Assembly: GCA_019244185.1 (NCBI GenBank)
Contig: JAFATB010000018.1
Coordinates: 32,001 to 96,000 of the forward strand
DNA from: Acidobacteriota bacterium
Lineage (GTDB): Bacteria > Acidobacteriota > Thermoanaerobaculia > Gp7-AA8
Length of the DNA stretch: 64,000 bases
Direction: 5' to 3'
Shown piece after piece: positions 29,075 to 38,730 of this stretch (within the stretch, counting starts at the first letter, position 1; every line of letters starts with the position of its first letter). The translations under genes and the position numbers were made by a program. The notes beneath the pieces were generated by a model. It was not told the DNA's origin, ran no database searches, and saw only the letters and a list, made by a program, of their open reading frames with translations.

Positions 29075-30237
29075 ATGACGTTGCCGCCGCGCAGCGTGTA
29101 GCGGACGTCGGTCAGCGCGCGCAGGTCCGTCGATGGGTCGCCGCGTAAGACGACGAGATCCGCATCGAAGCCCGCCGCGACGCGGCCTTTCGCTTGCGCG
29201 CTGCCGAATTGTTCCGCGGGCGCCGTCGTGAGCGACGCGAGGATCTGCGCGAACGTCATGCCCGCACTCTGCATCAGCCGATATTCGTCGGATGGGTCGG
29301 GATCGACCGCGCCGAGGTCGGTGCCGAAGAGGACGCGGCCACCGGAGCCGAGCCAGGCGCGCAACTCGCCGATGGCCGCGTCGACGAACTGTTCCTGCGC
29401 GGACGCGCGATCGTGACGCATCGTCTGCTGCCACAACGTCAGCGTCGGCGTCAGCGCGGGATGCTGTTCGCGCACGAGCGCGAGGATCGCGTCGTCCCAC
29501 GTCTTCGATGCGGGCGTCGTGTGCGCGATCACGTCGACGCCGGCGCGCAATGCGGTGAGGACGTCGGCGCTGCTGTTCGGATGCACGAACACGGGCTTAC
29601 CCGCGTCGTGCGCTTCGTCGACCGCGGCGCGAATCGTCTCCTCGGAGAGCGCGGCTCCGCGTTGGGAGGATGCGAAGAGCTTGATGCCGTCGACGCCTGC
29701 GTCGAGAAGTTTCTTCGCGGCGGCGCGCGCCTGCGCAGGGTCGTCGATCTCCGGCAGCGGCGTCTTCATGAGACCCATCATCGCGAGCACGAGATCAGGC
29801 GGAAGACCGCCGGTCGGAATCAGTCCTTCGCCCGTCGAACGAATCGCGGGACCGGCCACTTCGCCCGACTCGATGCGCGCACGCAACGCCCGCGTGTTCT
29901 CCCAAAGCGAACTGAGATCGAAGACGGTCGTGAAGCCGTAGCGCGTGTGCGACTGTTCGAGTTGACGCGCGAGCTCCGGCGCCGGAATCGACGCGGCGTC
30001 CGCCCACTTGCGCTCGAAGAAATGCACGTGGCTGTTCCAGAAGCCTGCGGTGATGGTCATGCCGGAAGCGTCGATGCGCCGTGCGTTCGCGGGAATCGCG
30101 ACATGCGCTCTGTCGCCGACGGCCGCGATCGTGGCGCCGTCGATGACGACGACGCCGTCGCGGATTGGCGAGTCGTCGGGGCTGACGTAGATCGTCGCAC
30201 CGGCGAATGCGATTGCAACGTGAGGCGCGCTTTCCAC
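29062..30237 (-). CDS. Amidohydrolase family protein
   Basis: NSHVH (HxH), GIK, VH, AH, FGTD, GFDADLVV. Confidence 0.9.
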   Translation of the reverse strand: MESAPHVAIAFAGATIYVSPDDSPIRDGVVVIDGATIAAVGDRAHVAIPANARRIDASGMTITAGFWNSHVHFFERKWADAASIPAPELARQLEQSHTRYGFTTVFDLSSLWENTRALRARIESGEVAGPAIRSTGEGLIPTGGLPPDLVLAMMGLMKTPLPEIDDPAQARAAAKKLLDAGVDGIKLFASSQRGAALSEETIRAAVDEAHDAGKPVFVHPNSSADVLTALRAGVDVIAHTTPASKTWDDAILALVREQHPALTPTLTLWQQTMRHDRASAQEQFVDAAIGELRAWLGSGGRVLFGTDLGAVDPDPSDEYRLMQSAGMTFAQILASLTTAPAEQFGSAQAKGRVAAGFDADLVVLRGDPSTDLRALTDVRYTLRGGNVIYQP

Positions 30238-30276
30238 GCGCGCCAGTCTACCTGCCTGCGAAGAACGCGAACCGCG

Positions 30277-30951
30277 TCAGCGCCGGCTGCGACGGATGTA
30301 GTGCATCGGCGCGCGCGTGACGCGGCTGCTGCAACGCTCGTCGGGACGCCACACGCGGCACGGGCGGTTCGTCGCCCGCAGCGCGTTGAGGAACGTGGGG
30401 CCGGTTTCGACGTCCGCGAAGTGCAGCGAGAGCAGGATCTGAAGGCGGCTCTGCAGAATCGGATCGCTCACCGCATTCACGAGGCGCAGCGACTCCTCGA
30501 CGTCGCGGAAGCGCTCGAAGAAGCCGATCATCAGCTTGCGTGCGGAGCCCGACTGCGTGAGGAACACCACCGCCACGAGCTCGACCACGAGTCCGGCGCC
30601 GAGCGCCGCGATCGGCCACGGCTGGAGATAGATCGGCAGCGTCCAGCGGAACGCGAAGAGCGCCGCGAGCATCACCGCGATGCCGAGCCCCGCGAACGCC
30701 GTTGCGAACCAGAAGCAGAGGTCCGCCTGCGCGAACGCCCACGCGTGATACTCGCGCAGCAGCTCGTACCGGAAGCGCACGTACCCGCGGCGGTCGTACG
30801 GCTCGTCTTCGCGAATCCTGTCGATGCGCAGTTCCTCCGTCTCCATCGCCCGCCGCTTCCACGGCGAGTACCGAAGCACGGCGAACGCCGCCACGGCGGT
30901 GATGCCGAGCGCGGTGAGGGCGAGAATGACGACGAGCCATGGAGAAATCAT
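30277..30951 (-). CDS. Membrane protein resembling the TRADD-N-associated membrane domain
   Basis: N-terminal TM, then Q..F..A..G hairpin TMs, G.VVE...VF..QS..A...M..FF, helical tail; family match recalled, not searched. Confidence 0.5.
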   Translation of the reverse strand: MISPWLVVILALTALGITAVAAFAVLRYSPWKRRAMETEELRIDRIREDEPYDRRGYVRFRYELLREYHAWAFAQADLCFWFATAFAGLGIAVMLAALFAFRWTLPIYLQPWPIAALGAGLVVELVAVVFLTQSGSARKLMIGFFERFRDVEESLRLVNAVSDPILQSRLQILLSLHFADVETGPTFLNALRATNRPCRVWRPDERCSSRVTRAPMHYIRRSRR

Positions 30952-31014
30952 TAAGTCAATATAGATGGATGGGAAGGTGGGCGCAAGAGAGGTCCCCGTG
31001 CACGAGTCGCGGGC

Positions 31015-31410
31015 TCACCGCGCGCTGCGCGTTGGCGTGCGGTCAGGCGTGGCGTCGAGGTCGGCCGCGTCGAGATCGAAGAGCGTCGTCAGGTAGCGCA
31101 CGAACTCGCGGAGGCGGCGGCGGTCGGCGAGGGTCACGCCGTACGGTTGCTCGCCGAGGAGATCGCCGACGGTGGTGCCGAGGGAGTTGGCGATGTCGAT
31201 GAGGGTGGCGATGCGCGGGTTCTCGGCGGCGCGGCGGCGCTTGGCGGTCGCGCGCGTCCGATAGGGAACGTAATCCTCGTCGTTCTCGAGGATGCGCGAC
31301 ATCGCCGGGGTGATCGGCGCGGGGTGGTGGGGGTGCGCGCGGTTGTACTCCTCGCGGCGGCGGCGGATCGCTTTCGCCAGCGCTTTGATGTCGTAGGAGC
31401 CCTGCGGCAT
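31015..31410 (-). CDS. XRE/Cro-like HTH protein, atypical
   Basis: AIRRRRE..MSRILE..ENPRIATLIDIANSLGTTVGDLLG. Confidence 0.7.
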   Translation of the reverse strand: MPQGSYDIKALAKAIRRRREEYNRAHPHHPAPITPAMSRILENDEDYVPYRTRATAKRRRAAENPRIATLIDIANSLGTTVGDLLGEQPYGVTLADRRRLREFVRYLTTLFDLDAADLDATPDRTPTRSAR

Positions 31411-31503
31411 GCCCCTACGAAGTTAATGGATTCGCGAGAGGGGAGTGCCGGAAGTTGTGCAGTATAGTGTCGTAGCAGAAGAAGACTTATAGATTACATA
31501 GCT

Positions 31504-31767
31504 TTGCGTAGGAAACTGTTTATGCGACTGCGCACGAATCCACAGCCGGTAGATGACGAGGTGAAGATGCTCGTCGCGAGGACGCGTGCGCGCCTGGCGC
31601 TGCTGGCCGGATTCACGCTGTTCCTGGTGATCGTCGCGGCGCTCGTCCTCTTCGCCTGCGGCATCGCGCCGGAGTGGCTGCAGAAGATTCTCGCGACCGG
31701 CGTGGGGGCGGAGGGAGTGATCGCGGTGCAGTACGCGTTGGGACGTCTGCCGCCGCTGCCGAAATAA
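31504..31767 (+). CDS. Small two-TM hypothetical protein
   Basis: Two hydrophobic stretches; start uncertain (31504, 31522 or later). Confidence 0.5.
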   Translation: MRRKLFMRLRTNPQPVDDEVKMLVARTRARLALLAGFTLFLVIVAALVLFACGIAPEWLQKILATGVGAEGVIAVQYALGRLPPLPK

Positions 31768-31768
31768 A

Positions 31769-31797
31769 TTGCCGGCCGCGTGTGCTTTCCGTACACT
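31769..31797 (+). promoter_or_regulatory. Putative sigma70 promoter of the rpsF operon
   Basis: TTGCCG, 17-nt spacer, TACACT. Confidence 0.55.
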
Positions 31798-31845
31798 TGC
31801 CGGCCCCGATCCGGGTGCCCGGACAATTCTTTAACAATCTGCCAG

Positions 31846-31891
31846 CTCCTTGAACCCGCCGCGTGTGCGGGTTCCGCTAGGCCAGAAGGAG
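31846..31891 (+). ncRNA. S6:S18 ribosomal protein leader RNA (cis-regulatory)
   Basis: CTCCTT (31846) pairs with RBS AAGGAG (31886); inner hairpin AACCCGC/GCGGGTT followed by unpaired CCG (31874), as in the known S6:S18 motif. Confidence 0.7.
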
Positions 31892-31896
31892 GTCAC

Positions 31897-32322
31897 ATGA
31901 GGACTTACGAAGTCCTGTTCATCCTTTCTCCGCAAGTGCCGGAGGAAGAAGCGACGACGCTCATCAACGACTTCAAGAGCATCGCCGAAAAGAACGGCGC
32001 GCGTCTCGTCAACGAAGAGGCGTGGGGCCGTCGCCGTCTCGCGTATCCCATCCAGAAATTCAACGAAGGCGTCTATCACCTCTTCGTGCTCGAGAGCGAG
32101 CAGTCGCTCTCCGAGCTCGACCGGCGCATGAAGAACGTCGACCGCGTGCTGCGGCACGTGATCGTGCGCACGGACCTCGAGCACAAGCGCGCCGAGAAAC
32201 TCGCCAAGCGCAATCCGAAGAAGGAGCGCGTCCGTCCGGCTCCCGCCGCCGCGGCCGCGGCTCCGGAAGCGGCCGGTCTCGACGCGATGACCGCCGGCGC
32301 GGAAGACGCGCCGCAGGCGTAA
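31897..32322 (+). CDS. rpsF: 30S ribosomal protein S6
   Basis: [24 protein letters not shown]. Confidence 0.97.
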   Translation: MRTYEVLFILSPQVPEEEATTLINDFKSIAEKNGARLVNEEAWGRRRLAYPIQKFNEGVYHLFVLESEQSLSELDRRMKNVDRVLRHVIVRTDLEHKRAEKLAKRNPKKERVRPAPAAAAAAPEAAGLDAMTAGAEDAPQA

Positions 32323-32335
32323 GGAGGAACGAACC

Positions 32336-32647
32336 ATGGCAACGATGGCACCGAGAAGAGGTCCCGGCGGCCCCGGCGGCGGCGACGATCGTCGCGGCGG
32401 TCCGGGCGGTCAGCAGGGCGGCAAGAAGAAGTTCTTCTATCGCCGCAAGCGCGTCTGCAAGTTCTGCGTCGAGAAGATCGAGTACATCGACTTCAAGGAC
32501 GTGAAGACGCTCCAGCAGTTCATCCCCGAGCGCGGCAAGATCCTTCCGCGCCGCATCTCCGGTACGTGCGCGCTGCACCAGCGCAAGCTGCAGAACGCGA
32601 TCAAGCGCGCGCGCATCGCGGCGCTGCTCCCGTTCACGGCCGACTAG
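32336..32647 (+). CDS. rpsR: 30S ribosomal protein S18
   Basis: [27 protein letters not shown]. Confidence 0.97.
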   Translation: MATMAPRRGPGGPGGGDDRRGGPGGQQGGKKKFFYRRKRVCKFCVEKIEYIDFKDVKTLQQFIPERGKILPRRISGTCALHQRKLQNAIKRARIAALLPFTAD

Positions 32648-32654
32648 TCAACGG

Positions 32655-33707
32655 ATGATCGACATGTCCCTCCCGCCGCAGGCGGACCTGCAGAGCGAGC
32701 CGGCGCCGCTGCCCGCGCGATCCTTCGGACGCGTGGCGCGCAGCGTCGCGGGCTATTCGGCGGCGACGGCCCTGATGGTCGTCACGCCGATGCTGGTCTT
32801 CGTGCCGGCCGCGCTGTTCCACTGCGCGGTCCGCAACGGACGCCGCGCGGCGTATCTCGCCGCGACGCTGGCGATGATGCTGGCCGCAGCGTACGTCGCG
32901 GCGACGCCGTCATCGGCGCCCGGCGCGATGCAGATGGCGTGGTCGTACCTCGCGGCGGTGGCTCTGGCCATCGTCGTGCCGTCGCTCGCGGCGCTACCGC
33001 TCATCGAGCGCGGCGAGTCGTTCGGCCGCGTGCTGATGTTCCTGCTCGTGGGAAGCGCCGTCGGCCTCACGGTGACGGAAGCCGCCTCGCGGCTCCTCGC
33101 CGCGTACTCGCCGTACGCGGCCCAACTTGCGCAGGCGAAGCTGACCGGCGTCTATCTCATACGCCAGTATCACGAGAAAGGCATCCCGGCCGATCTCATC
33201 GAGGCCGTGCAGCGCTGGATCGGCTACAGCATCTTCGCGCTGACGGCGGTGATCCTGATCAACGTGACGCTGGTGTTCGTCCTCAGCCTGCTGATGCTCG
33301 GCCGGCTGAAGGCGTGGCGTGCGCTGGCCGCGCGCCGCACGGACACGCAGACGGCGGGCGCGTACTTTTTCCGCAACCTCGCGCTGCCGGACTGGCTGCT
33401 CTTCGCGTTCATCGTGGGCGGTCTCACTCCGCTCGCGAGCGGGATGCTGCAGAAGGTCGCGGCGAACGTGCTCGCGCTGGTCGCGTTCCTGTACATCCTG
33501 CAGGGACTGGCCATCTTCCGGTTCCTGCTCGTGTCGATCGGCGCGGGCATGGCCGGAACGATGCTCGGCTGGCTGCTGCTCGCGTTCCTCACGATCACCG
33601 GCGTCGGGCCGCTGCTGTTAGGCGTGGCGGGACTGTTCGATCCGTTTTTCGATTTCCGACATTTCAAGAAGCGAAAGGACGACTCTCATGAAAGTCATTC
33701 TGACTGA
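32655..33707 (+). CDS. DUF2232/YybS-like membrane protein
   Basis: Polytopic; LQGLA and GLFDPFFDFR C-terminus; typical rpsR-rplI position. Confidence 0.8.
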   Translation: MIDMSLPPQADLQSEPAPLPARSFGRVARSVAGYSAATALMVVTPMLVFVPAALFHCAVRNGRRAAYLAATLAMMLAAAYVAATPSSAPGAMQMAWSYLAAVALAIVVPSLAALPLIERGESFGRVLMFLLVGSAVGLTVTEAASRLLAAYSPYAAQLAQAKLTGVYLIRQYHEKGIPADLIEAVQRWIGYSIFALTAVILINVTLVFVLSLLMLGRLKAWRALAARRTDTQTAGAYFFRNLALPDWLLFAFIVGGLTPLASGMLQKVAANVLALVAFLYILQGLAIFRFLLVSIGAGMAGTMLGWLLLAFLTITGVGPLLLGVAGLFDPFFDFRHFKKRKDDSHESHSD

Positions 33708-34191
33708 GGAGATCCGCGGCCTCGGGACGCGCGGCGACATCGTCACCGTCAAGGACGGTTACGCGCGCAACTTCCTCCTCCCGAAGAACCTCGCCCGCGA
33801 GGCGAGCGCCAGCAATCTCAAGCAGATCGAGCACGAGCGCCGCAAGTGGGCGCTGCTCGCGCAGCAGGAGAAGGATGCCGCGCAGAAGGCCGCCGACGCG
33901 GTCAAGGGCGTGAAGATCCGCATCGAGAAGCGCGTGGGCGAGCACGGACAGCTGTTCGGCTCCGTCACCGCGAACGAGATTGCGGACGCGCTGCTCTCGC
34001 GTGGCGTGGAAGTGGACAAGCGCCGCATCGAGCTCGCGCAGCCGATCAAGAACGTCGGCATGCACGACGTCGAGGTGCGTCTGCACCGCGACGTGACCGC
34101 GCACATCCAGGTCGAAGTCGCGGCCCAGGGCGTCGAGCGTCTCGAAGAGACCGAGACCGCCGCGGCCGCGCCGGCCGAAGCCGAGCAGTAG
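33688..34191 (+). CDS. rplI: 50S ribosomal protein L9
   Basis: MKVIL, VKDGYARNFLLP, LFGSVT. Confidence 0.97.
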   Translation: MKVILTEEIRGLGTRGDIVTVKDGYARNFLLPKNLAREASASNLKQIEHERRKWALLAQQEKDAAQKAADAVKGVKIRIEKRVGEHGQLFGSVTANEIADALLSRGVEVDKRRIELAQPIKNVGMHDVEVRLHRDVTAHIQVEVAAQGVERLEETETAAAAPAEAEQ

Positions 34192-34240
34192 CCTACAATC
34201 GGAGCGCCGATGCGTCCCGCGTCGGCGCTCCGCGTTTGTG

Positions 34241-35356
34241 ATGGCTGACGATCGGTACGTCGACGCTCCTCCCGCCGGTGCGGATGCCTGGCGCGAGGTC
34301 TGGCGCGACGACCGCCGCTTCCGCCCGCGCACCTCGAAACACGACTGGCTGCTGCGCCTCGTGCGCCGCCTCGTGGGCCGCGCCGGCGAGCCGGAAGCCG
34401 AGCGCCAGAAGAACTTCAACATCGCGCTGCTCGATCTCGTCGCCGACGTGCGGCGCGAGCTCGATGCGGTGCGCGGCGATCTGCGCGGCGATCTCGAAGC
34501 CGTGCAGCGCGACCTCGCCGGCGCGCTTGCCGCCGAAAGCACGCGCCTCCGCGAGCTCGTCATCACCGCCGCCAAACGCAACGACGCGCTCATCGCCGCG
34601 CTCGATCAGAAGATCGAGACGGTCGCGGTGCGGGTGCGGGATGCGGTGAACCCGAGTGTGCCGCGCGATGTGAATGTCGAAGCTCGCCGTGAAGACCTGC
34701 TCTACCGCCGCCTCGAAGACGCGTTGCGCGGCTCGGAGGCGGCGATCCGGATGGATGTCGCGCCGTACGTGCGGCTGGCCGCCGATCACCAGCCAGTGCT
34801 CGATGCCGGCTGCGGGCGCGGCGAGTTTCTCGAGGCGTGCCGCGCCGCGGGCATCGCTGCGCGCGGTGTCGATACGAACGAGCGTTCCGTCGCGGATCTC
34901 CGCGCGCGCGGGCTCGATGTTGCGCTCGCGGGCGTGCCGGAGTGTTTTGCTCCCGTCGAGGATGCGTCGCTCGGCTCCGTCGTGGCCATGCATGTTGTCG
35001 AGCATCTGCCCGTCGAGGCGTTGTTCGCGCTGTTTCGCGAATCCGCGCGCGTGCTCCGCGCGGACGGGTTGCTGATCGTCGAGACGCCGAACGCGGAGTC
35101 GGCGGCGTTCGCCGCGTCCGACTTCTGGCGCGACCCGACGCACCTCGCGCCGCGGCATGCGGCCGCGCTGACCGTCCTCGCGCGCGAGCACGGATTCGAG
35201 ATCGCCGAAGCGCGCCCCGTGCACGAGTTGCCGGATGGAACGCGCATTCCGATTCTCGAAACGGATGCGCCGGAGTTGCAGCGCGTGATTCACGCGGTGA
35301 ACGACCGCTTCTTCGCACCGCCGGACTTCAGGCTGATCGCGCGACGGATGGCGTGA
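34241..35356 (+). CDS. Class I SAM-dependent methyltransferase with N-terminal coiled coil
   Basis: LDAGCGRGEF, HVVEHL, ETPN, FWRDPTH. Confidence 0.88.
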   Translation: MADDRYVDAPPAGADAWREVWRDDRRFRPRTSKHDWLLRLVRRLVGRAGEPEAERQKNFNIALLDLVADVRRELDAVRGDLRGDLEAVQRDLAGALAAESTRLRELVITAAKRNDALIAALDQKIETVAVRVRDAVNPSVPRDVNVEARREDLLYRRLEDALRGSEAAIRMDVAPYVRLAADHQPVLDAGCGRGEFLEACRAAGIAARGVDTNERSVADLRARGLDVALAGVPECFAPVEDASLGSVVAMHVVEHLPVEALFALFRESARVLRADGLLIVETPNAESAAFAASDFWRDPTHLAPRHAAALTVLAREHGFEIAEARPVHELPDGTRIPILETDAPELQRVIHAVNDRFFAPPDFRLIARRMA

Positions 35357-35425
35357 CGGCGGGGCCCCGTTCGGTGCGCGCCCACGCTTGGGCGCCACAG
35401 CGCGTAATGCAACCGCTGCCCGACC

Positions 35426-36109
35426 TCACACTCGATCGTCGAACGGCTTGACGTCGACGACGACCGCGGCGGGCGGGGGCGGGGGGACGTGGCGCGGCAG
35501 GATCGCGCCGAGGAGCAGGCCGGCGACGAGGCCGCCGATGTGCGCGGCGTTGTCGATCTGCGGGAAGCGCGACACCACGATCAGATTGAGCGCCGCCCAG
35601 AAGATGCATTGCTTGACGATGCTGCGGCCCATGCGGTCGTGACGCCAGCGCGGCGAGCGCAGGATCGACGAGATGAACGCGCCGAGGATGCCGAAGATCG
35701 CGCCGCTCGCGCCGACGGAGGCGCCGGCGTTGTGCAGCACGCTCGTGAGCGACGCGACGATGCCGGCGCTGAAGTAGATGATGAGAAAGCGGCGCGTGCC
35801 GAACATCAGCTCGTACAACGGTCCGAGTTGATACAGCGCGAAGAGGTTGACGGCCAGATGTAGCAGGTCGCCGCCGACCGTGCCGTCGCCGTGGAGAAAC
35901 ATCGCGGTGACGAGGCGCCAGTACTGGCCCGCGCGCACGGCCTCGGGGATCGTCGCGCCGAGCAACGCAAGGCGTTCGCCGTTGCGCCATGCGCCGGTGA
36001 GGATCTCGATCGCGAAGCCGGCGAGAATCGCGCAGATCAGAAACAACGCGGCTGGCGTGCGCCGGCGTCGTCGCGGGCGCGGTGGCGGTGCGGTGGCGAA
36101 CTCGCTCAC
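35426..36109 (-). CDS. Rhomboid family intramembrane serine protease
   Basis: WRLVTAMFLH, HLAVN, GASG, AHIGG. Confidence 0.93.
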   Translation of the reverse strand: MSEFATAPPPRPRRRRRTPAALFLICAILAGFAIEILTGAWRNGERLALLGATIPEAVRAGQYWRLVTAMFLHGDGTVGGDLLHLAVNLFALYQLGPLYELMFGTRRFLIIYFSAGIVASLTSVLHNAGASVGASGAIFGILGAFISSILRSPRWRHDRMGRSIVKQCIFWAALNLIVVSRFPQIDNAAHIGGLVAGLLLGAILPRHVPPPPPAAVVVDVKPFDDRV

Positions 36110-36888
36110 CGGCGCTCCAGCAGCGCGGAGACTCGGCGCATCAGCAAGTGAGCGGTTCGTGGGAACGTTTCTTTGAGGCGCATGTAGAGATGTGCGAATG
36201 GCGGCAGGATGCGGCGATACCCTCCGTCCTCGGCGGCATCGCAGACCGCGCGCGCGACGCGCTCCGGCGACACCGCGCCGATCAGCCGCGACGCACCCGG
36301 CATTTTCCCGCGCTCGGCTTTGACGAAAAACTCGCTCTCCGTCGTGCCGGGGCAGACCAGTGCAACGCGCACGCCGCGGCCGAGCACCTCATCGCGCAGC
36401 GCTTCCGTGAAACCGATGACGGCGAACTTCGTCGCGCAGTACCCGCCCATCCGCGCGTAGCCCATGATGCCGGCGATCGACGCCACGTTGACGATCGTCC
36501 CCGATCCGCGCGCGATCATGCGCGGCAGCGCGGCCTGCGTGCAGTGCACGACGCCGAAGTAGTTCGTGTCCATCATCGCGCGCAACTCCTCCGCGGACGC
36601 GTCGGCGATCGCGGCGAACGTCGCGAAGCCGGCGTTGTTGACGAGCACGTCGACGTCGCCCGCAGCCTCGATGAGACGGAGGCAATCGCCGGCCTGCGTC
36701 ACGTCGGTCGCGACGGCCGTCGCGCGCACGCCGAGGGCGCGGCAATCGGCGGCGGTGCGCTCCAGTTGCTCGAGGCGGCGGGCGCCCAGAACGACGTTCG
36801 CGCCGCGGCGCGCGAGCTCGAGCGCGGTGGCGCGGCCGATCCCGCTGGAAGCTCCTGTAACGACGGCGGTTTTCCCTCGCAGATCCAT
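36106..36888 (-). CDS. Short-chain dehydrogenase/reductase
   Basis: TGASSGIG, NNAG, YCATK. Confidence 0.93.
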   Translation of the reverse strand: MDLRGKTAVVTGASSGIGRATALELARRGANVVLGARRLEQLERTAADCRALGVRATAVATDVTQAGDCLRLIEAAGDVDVLVNNAGFATFAAIADASAEELRAMMDTNYFGVVHCTQAALPRMIARGSGTIVNVASIAGIMGYARMGGYCATKFAVIGFTEALRDEVLGRGVRVALVCPGTTESEFFVKAERGKMPGASRLIGAVSPERVARAVCDAAEDGGYRRILPPFAHLYMRLKETFPRTAHLLMRRVSALLERR

Positions 36889-36924
36889 CGGCAGTGCGAG
36901 AGTTTATCGGCAGCGTTCTCGCAT

Positions 36925-36954
36925 TTGACAGTCCAAAAGTGCGGCACCTATACT
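36925..36954 (+). promoter_or_regulatory. sigma70 promoter for ilvE
   Basis: TTGACA, 18-nt spacer, TATACT. Confidence 0.65.
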
Positions 36955-37015
36955 CCGGCCGAAGTCCATCCTCTGACTCGCCCGAGTCTCGCGCCGCCGA
37001 CCAGGAGGTCCCGTC

Positions 37016-37984
37016 ATGCCCTTCGAAGAAGTGAAAAAAGTGTGGATGAACGGCCGGCTGGTCGACTTCGCCGACGCGAAGGTCCACGTCTTCACGCACG
37101 CCATCCACTACGGCTCCGGCCTGTTCGAAGGGATCCGCTGCTACAACACCAAACGCGGACCGGCGATCTTCCGGCTGCCCGAGCACACGCGGCGCCTCTT
37201 CGACAGCTGCAAGATCTACCGGATGGACATGCCGTACTCCGCCGACGAGATCAACCGCGCCTGCATCGACACCATTCAGGCGAACGACTTCGAGGATTGC
37301 TATCTGCGTCCCGTCGTCTACCGCGGCTTCCACTCCCTCGGCGTGTTCCCCGGCTCGTGCCCGGTCGACGTCGTCATCGGCGCGTGGCGCTGGGGCAAAT
37401 ACCTCGGGCCTGAGGCGATCGAGCAGGGCGTCGACGTCCGCGTCTCGTCGTGGAACCGCATGGCGCCGAACACGTTCCCCGCTCTCGCCAAGGCGACCGG
37501 CAACTACATGAACTCGATCCTGATTCGCCAGGAAGCAGCGATCGACGGTTACTCCGAGGGGATCGCACTCGACGTCAACGGTTACGTGAGTGAAGGTTCC
37601 GGCGAGAATATCTTCGTCATCCGTGACAGCAAGATCTTCACGCCGCCGTTCGGCGCGTCGATCCTCGGCGGCATCACGCGCGACAGCATTCTGCGCATCG
37701 CCAAAGACTTCGGCTACGAGGTCGTCGAGTCGCTGATCCCGCGCGAGATGCTGTACATCGCGGACGAGGTGTTCTTCACCGGCACCGCCGCGGAGGTCAC
37801 GCCCATCCGCTCGATCGACCGGATGAAGATCGGCAGCGGCCGCCGCGGCCCGATCACCGAGCGGTTGCAGAAGGAGTTTTTCGCTTACATCAACGGCGAG
37901 ATTCCAGACCGCTACAACTGGCTTACGCCCGTGTACGCGGAGCGTGATGCCGCGGTGCGGAAGCCGGCTCTCGTCGCGAGCTGA
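37016..37984 (+). CDS. ilvE: Branched-chain amino acid aminotransferase
   Basis: HYGSGLFEG, AKATGNY, EGSGEN, LGGITR, GTAAEVTP. Confidence 0.95.
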   Translation: MPFEEVKKVWMNGRLVDFADAKVHVFTHAIHYGSGLFEGIRCYNTKRGPAIFRLPEHTRRLFDSCKIYRMDMPYSADEINRACIDTIQANDFEDCYLRPVVYRGFHSLGVFPGSCPVDVVIGAWRWGKYLGPEAIEQGVDVRVSSWNRMAPNTFPALAKATGNYMNSILIRQEAAIDGYSEGIALDVNGYVSEGSGENIFVIRDSKIFTPPFGASILGGITRDSILRIAKDFGYEVVESLIPREMLYIADEVFFTGTAAEVTPIRSIDRMKIGSGRRGPITERLQKEFFAYINGEIPDRYNWLTPVYAERDAAVRKPALVAS

Positions 37985-38058
37985 CGTGCCGCGAGCGAGC
38001 ACGCCGCGCGCGGTGCCGGCGATGTTCACGCGGACGATCGCCGCGCGTGCTCGCACCT

Positions 38059-38730
38059 TCATAGCAGGCCCTGCCGGCTCATCGAGCAGTAGCTGTGCGC
38101 GCCGATGATGAGGTGATCGAGCAGTTCGATGTCCGCGAACGCCAGCGACTCTTTCACTTTCATCGTGAATTCGAGGTCGTCGTTCGAGGGGCTCGAACTG
38201 CCGGACGGATGGTTGTGAAAGAGGACGATCGAGATGGCGTCGTCGACCACCGCCTGGCGGATGATGTCGCGCGTCGACACGAGCGCGTTGTTCGCGGTGC
38301 CGACGAAGATCTCGCGCTGCACTTTGATGCGGCGGCGTGAGTCGAGGAAGACGGCGCCGAGCCGCTCCTGCCGGTGATGGCCGTAGGCGGTGACGAGCTT
38401 GCGCCCCATGAGATCGACGTCGAAGTCGGGAAGATCGTCGGGCTTGCCGCAGAAGACGCGGCGCGCGTACTCGCCCGCGGCGAGGATGCGGGACGCTTTG
38501 GCGATGCCGATTCCCGGCACCGCCGCGAGCTCCGCCGGATCGCGCCGCATGAGCGCGGCCATGCCGTCCGCAAGGAGCTCGCGCGCGAGTTGAATCGCGT
38601 TCTTGCCGTGCATGCCCGAGCCGAGCAGCACGGCGATGAGCTCGGAGTCGGAGAGCGTCTGCACGCCATGCGCGACGAGTCGCTCGCGCGGACGTTCATC
38701 GGAGGGAAGGTCCGAGATGACATGCGTCAT
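38059..38730 (-). CDS. radC: RadC/JAB domain protein
   Basis: ERPRERL, LSDSELIA, HhH GIG, HNHPSG..PS..D, LLDHLII; alternative start 38856. Confidence 0.93.
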   Translation of the reverse strand: MTHVISDLPSDERPRERLVAHGVQTLSDSELIAVLLGSGMHGKNAIQLARELLADGMAALMRRDPAELAAVPGIGIAKASRILAAGEYARRVFCGKPDDLPDFDVDLMGRKLVTAYGHHRQERLGAVFLDSRRRIKVQREIFVGTANNALVSTRDIIRQAVVDDAISIVLFHNHPSGSSSPSNDDLEFTMKVKESLAFADIELLDHLIIGAHSYCSMSRQGLL

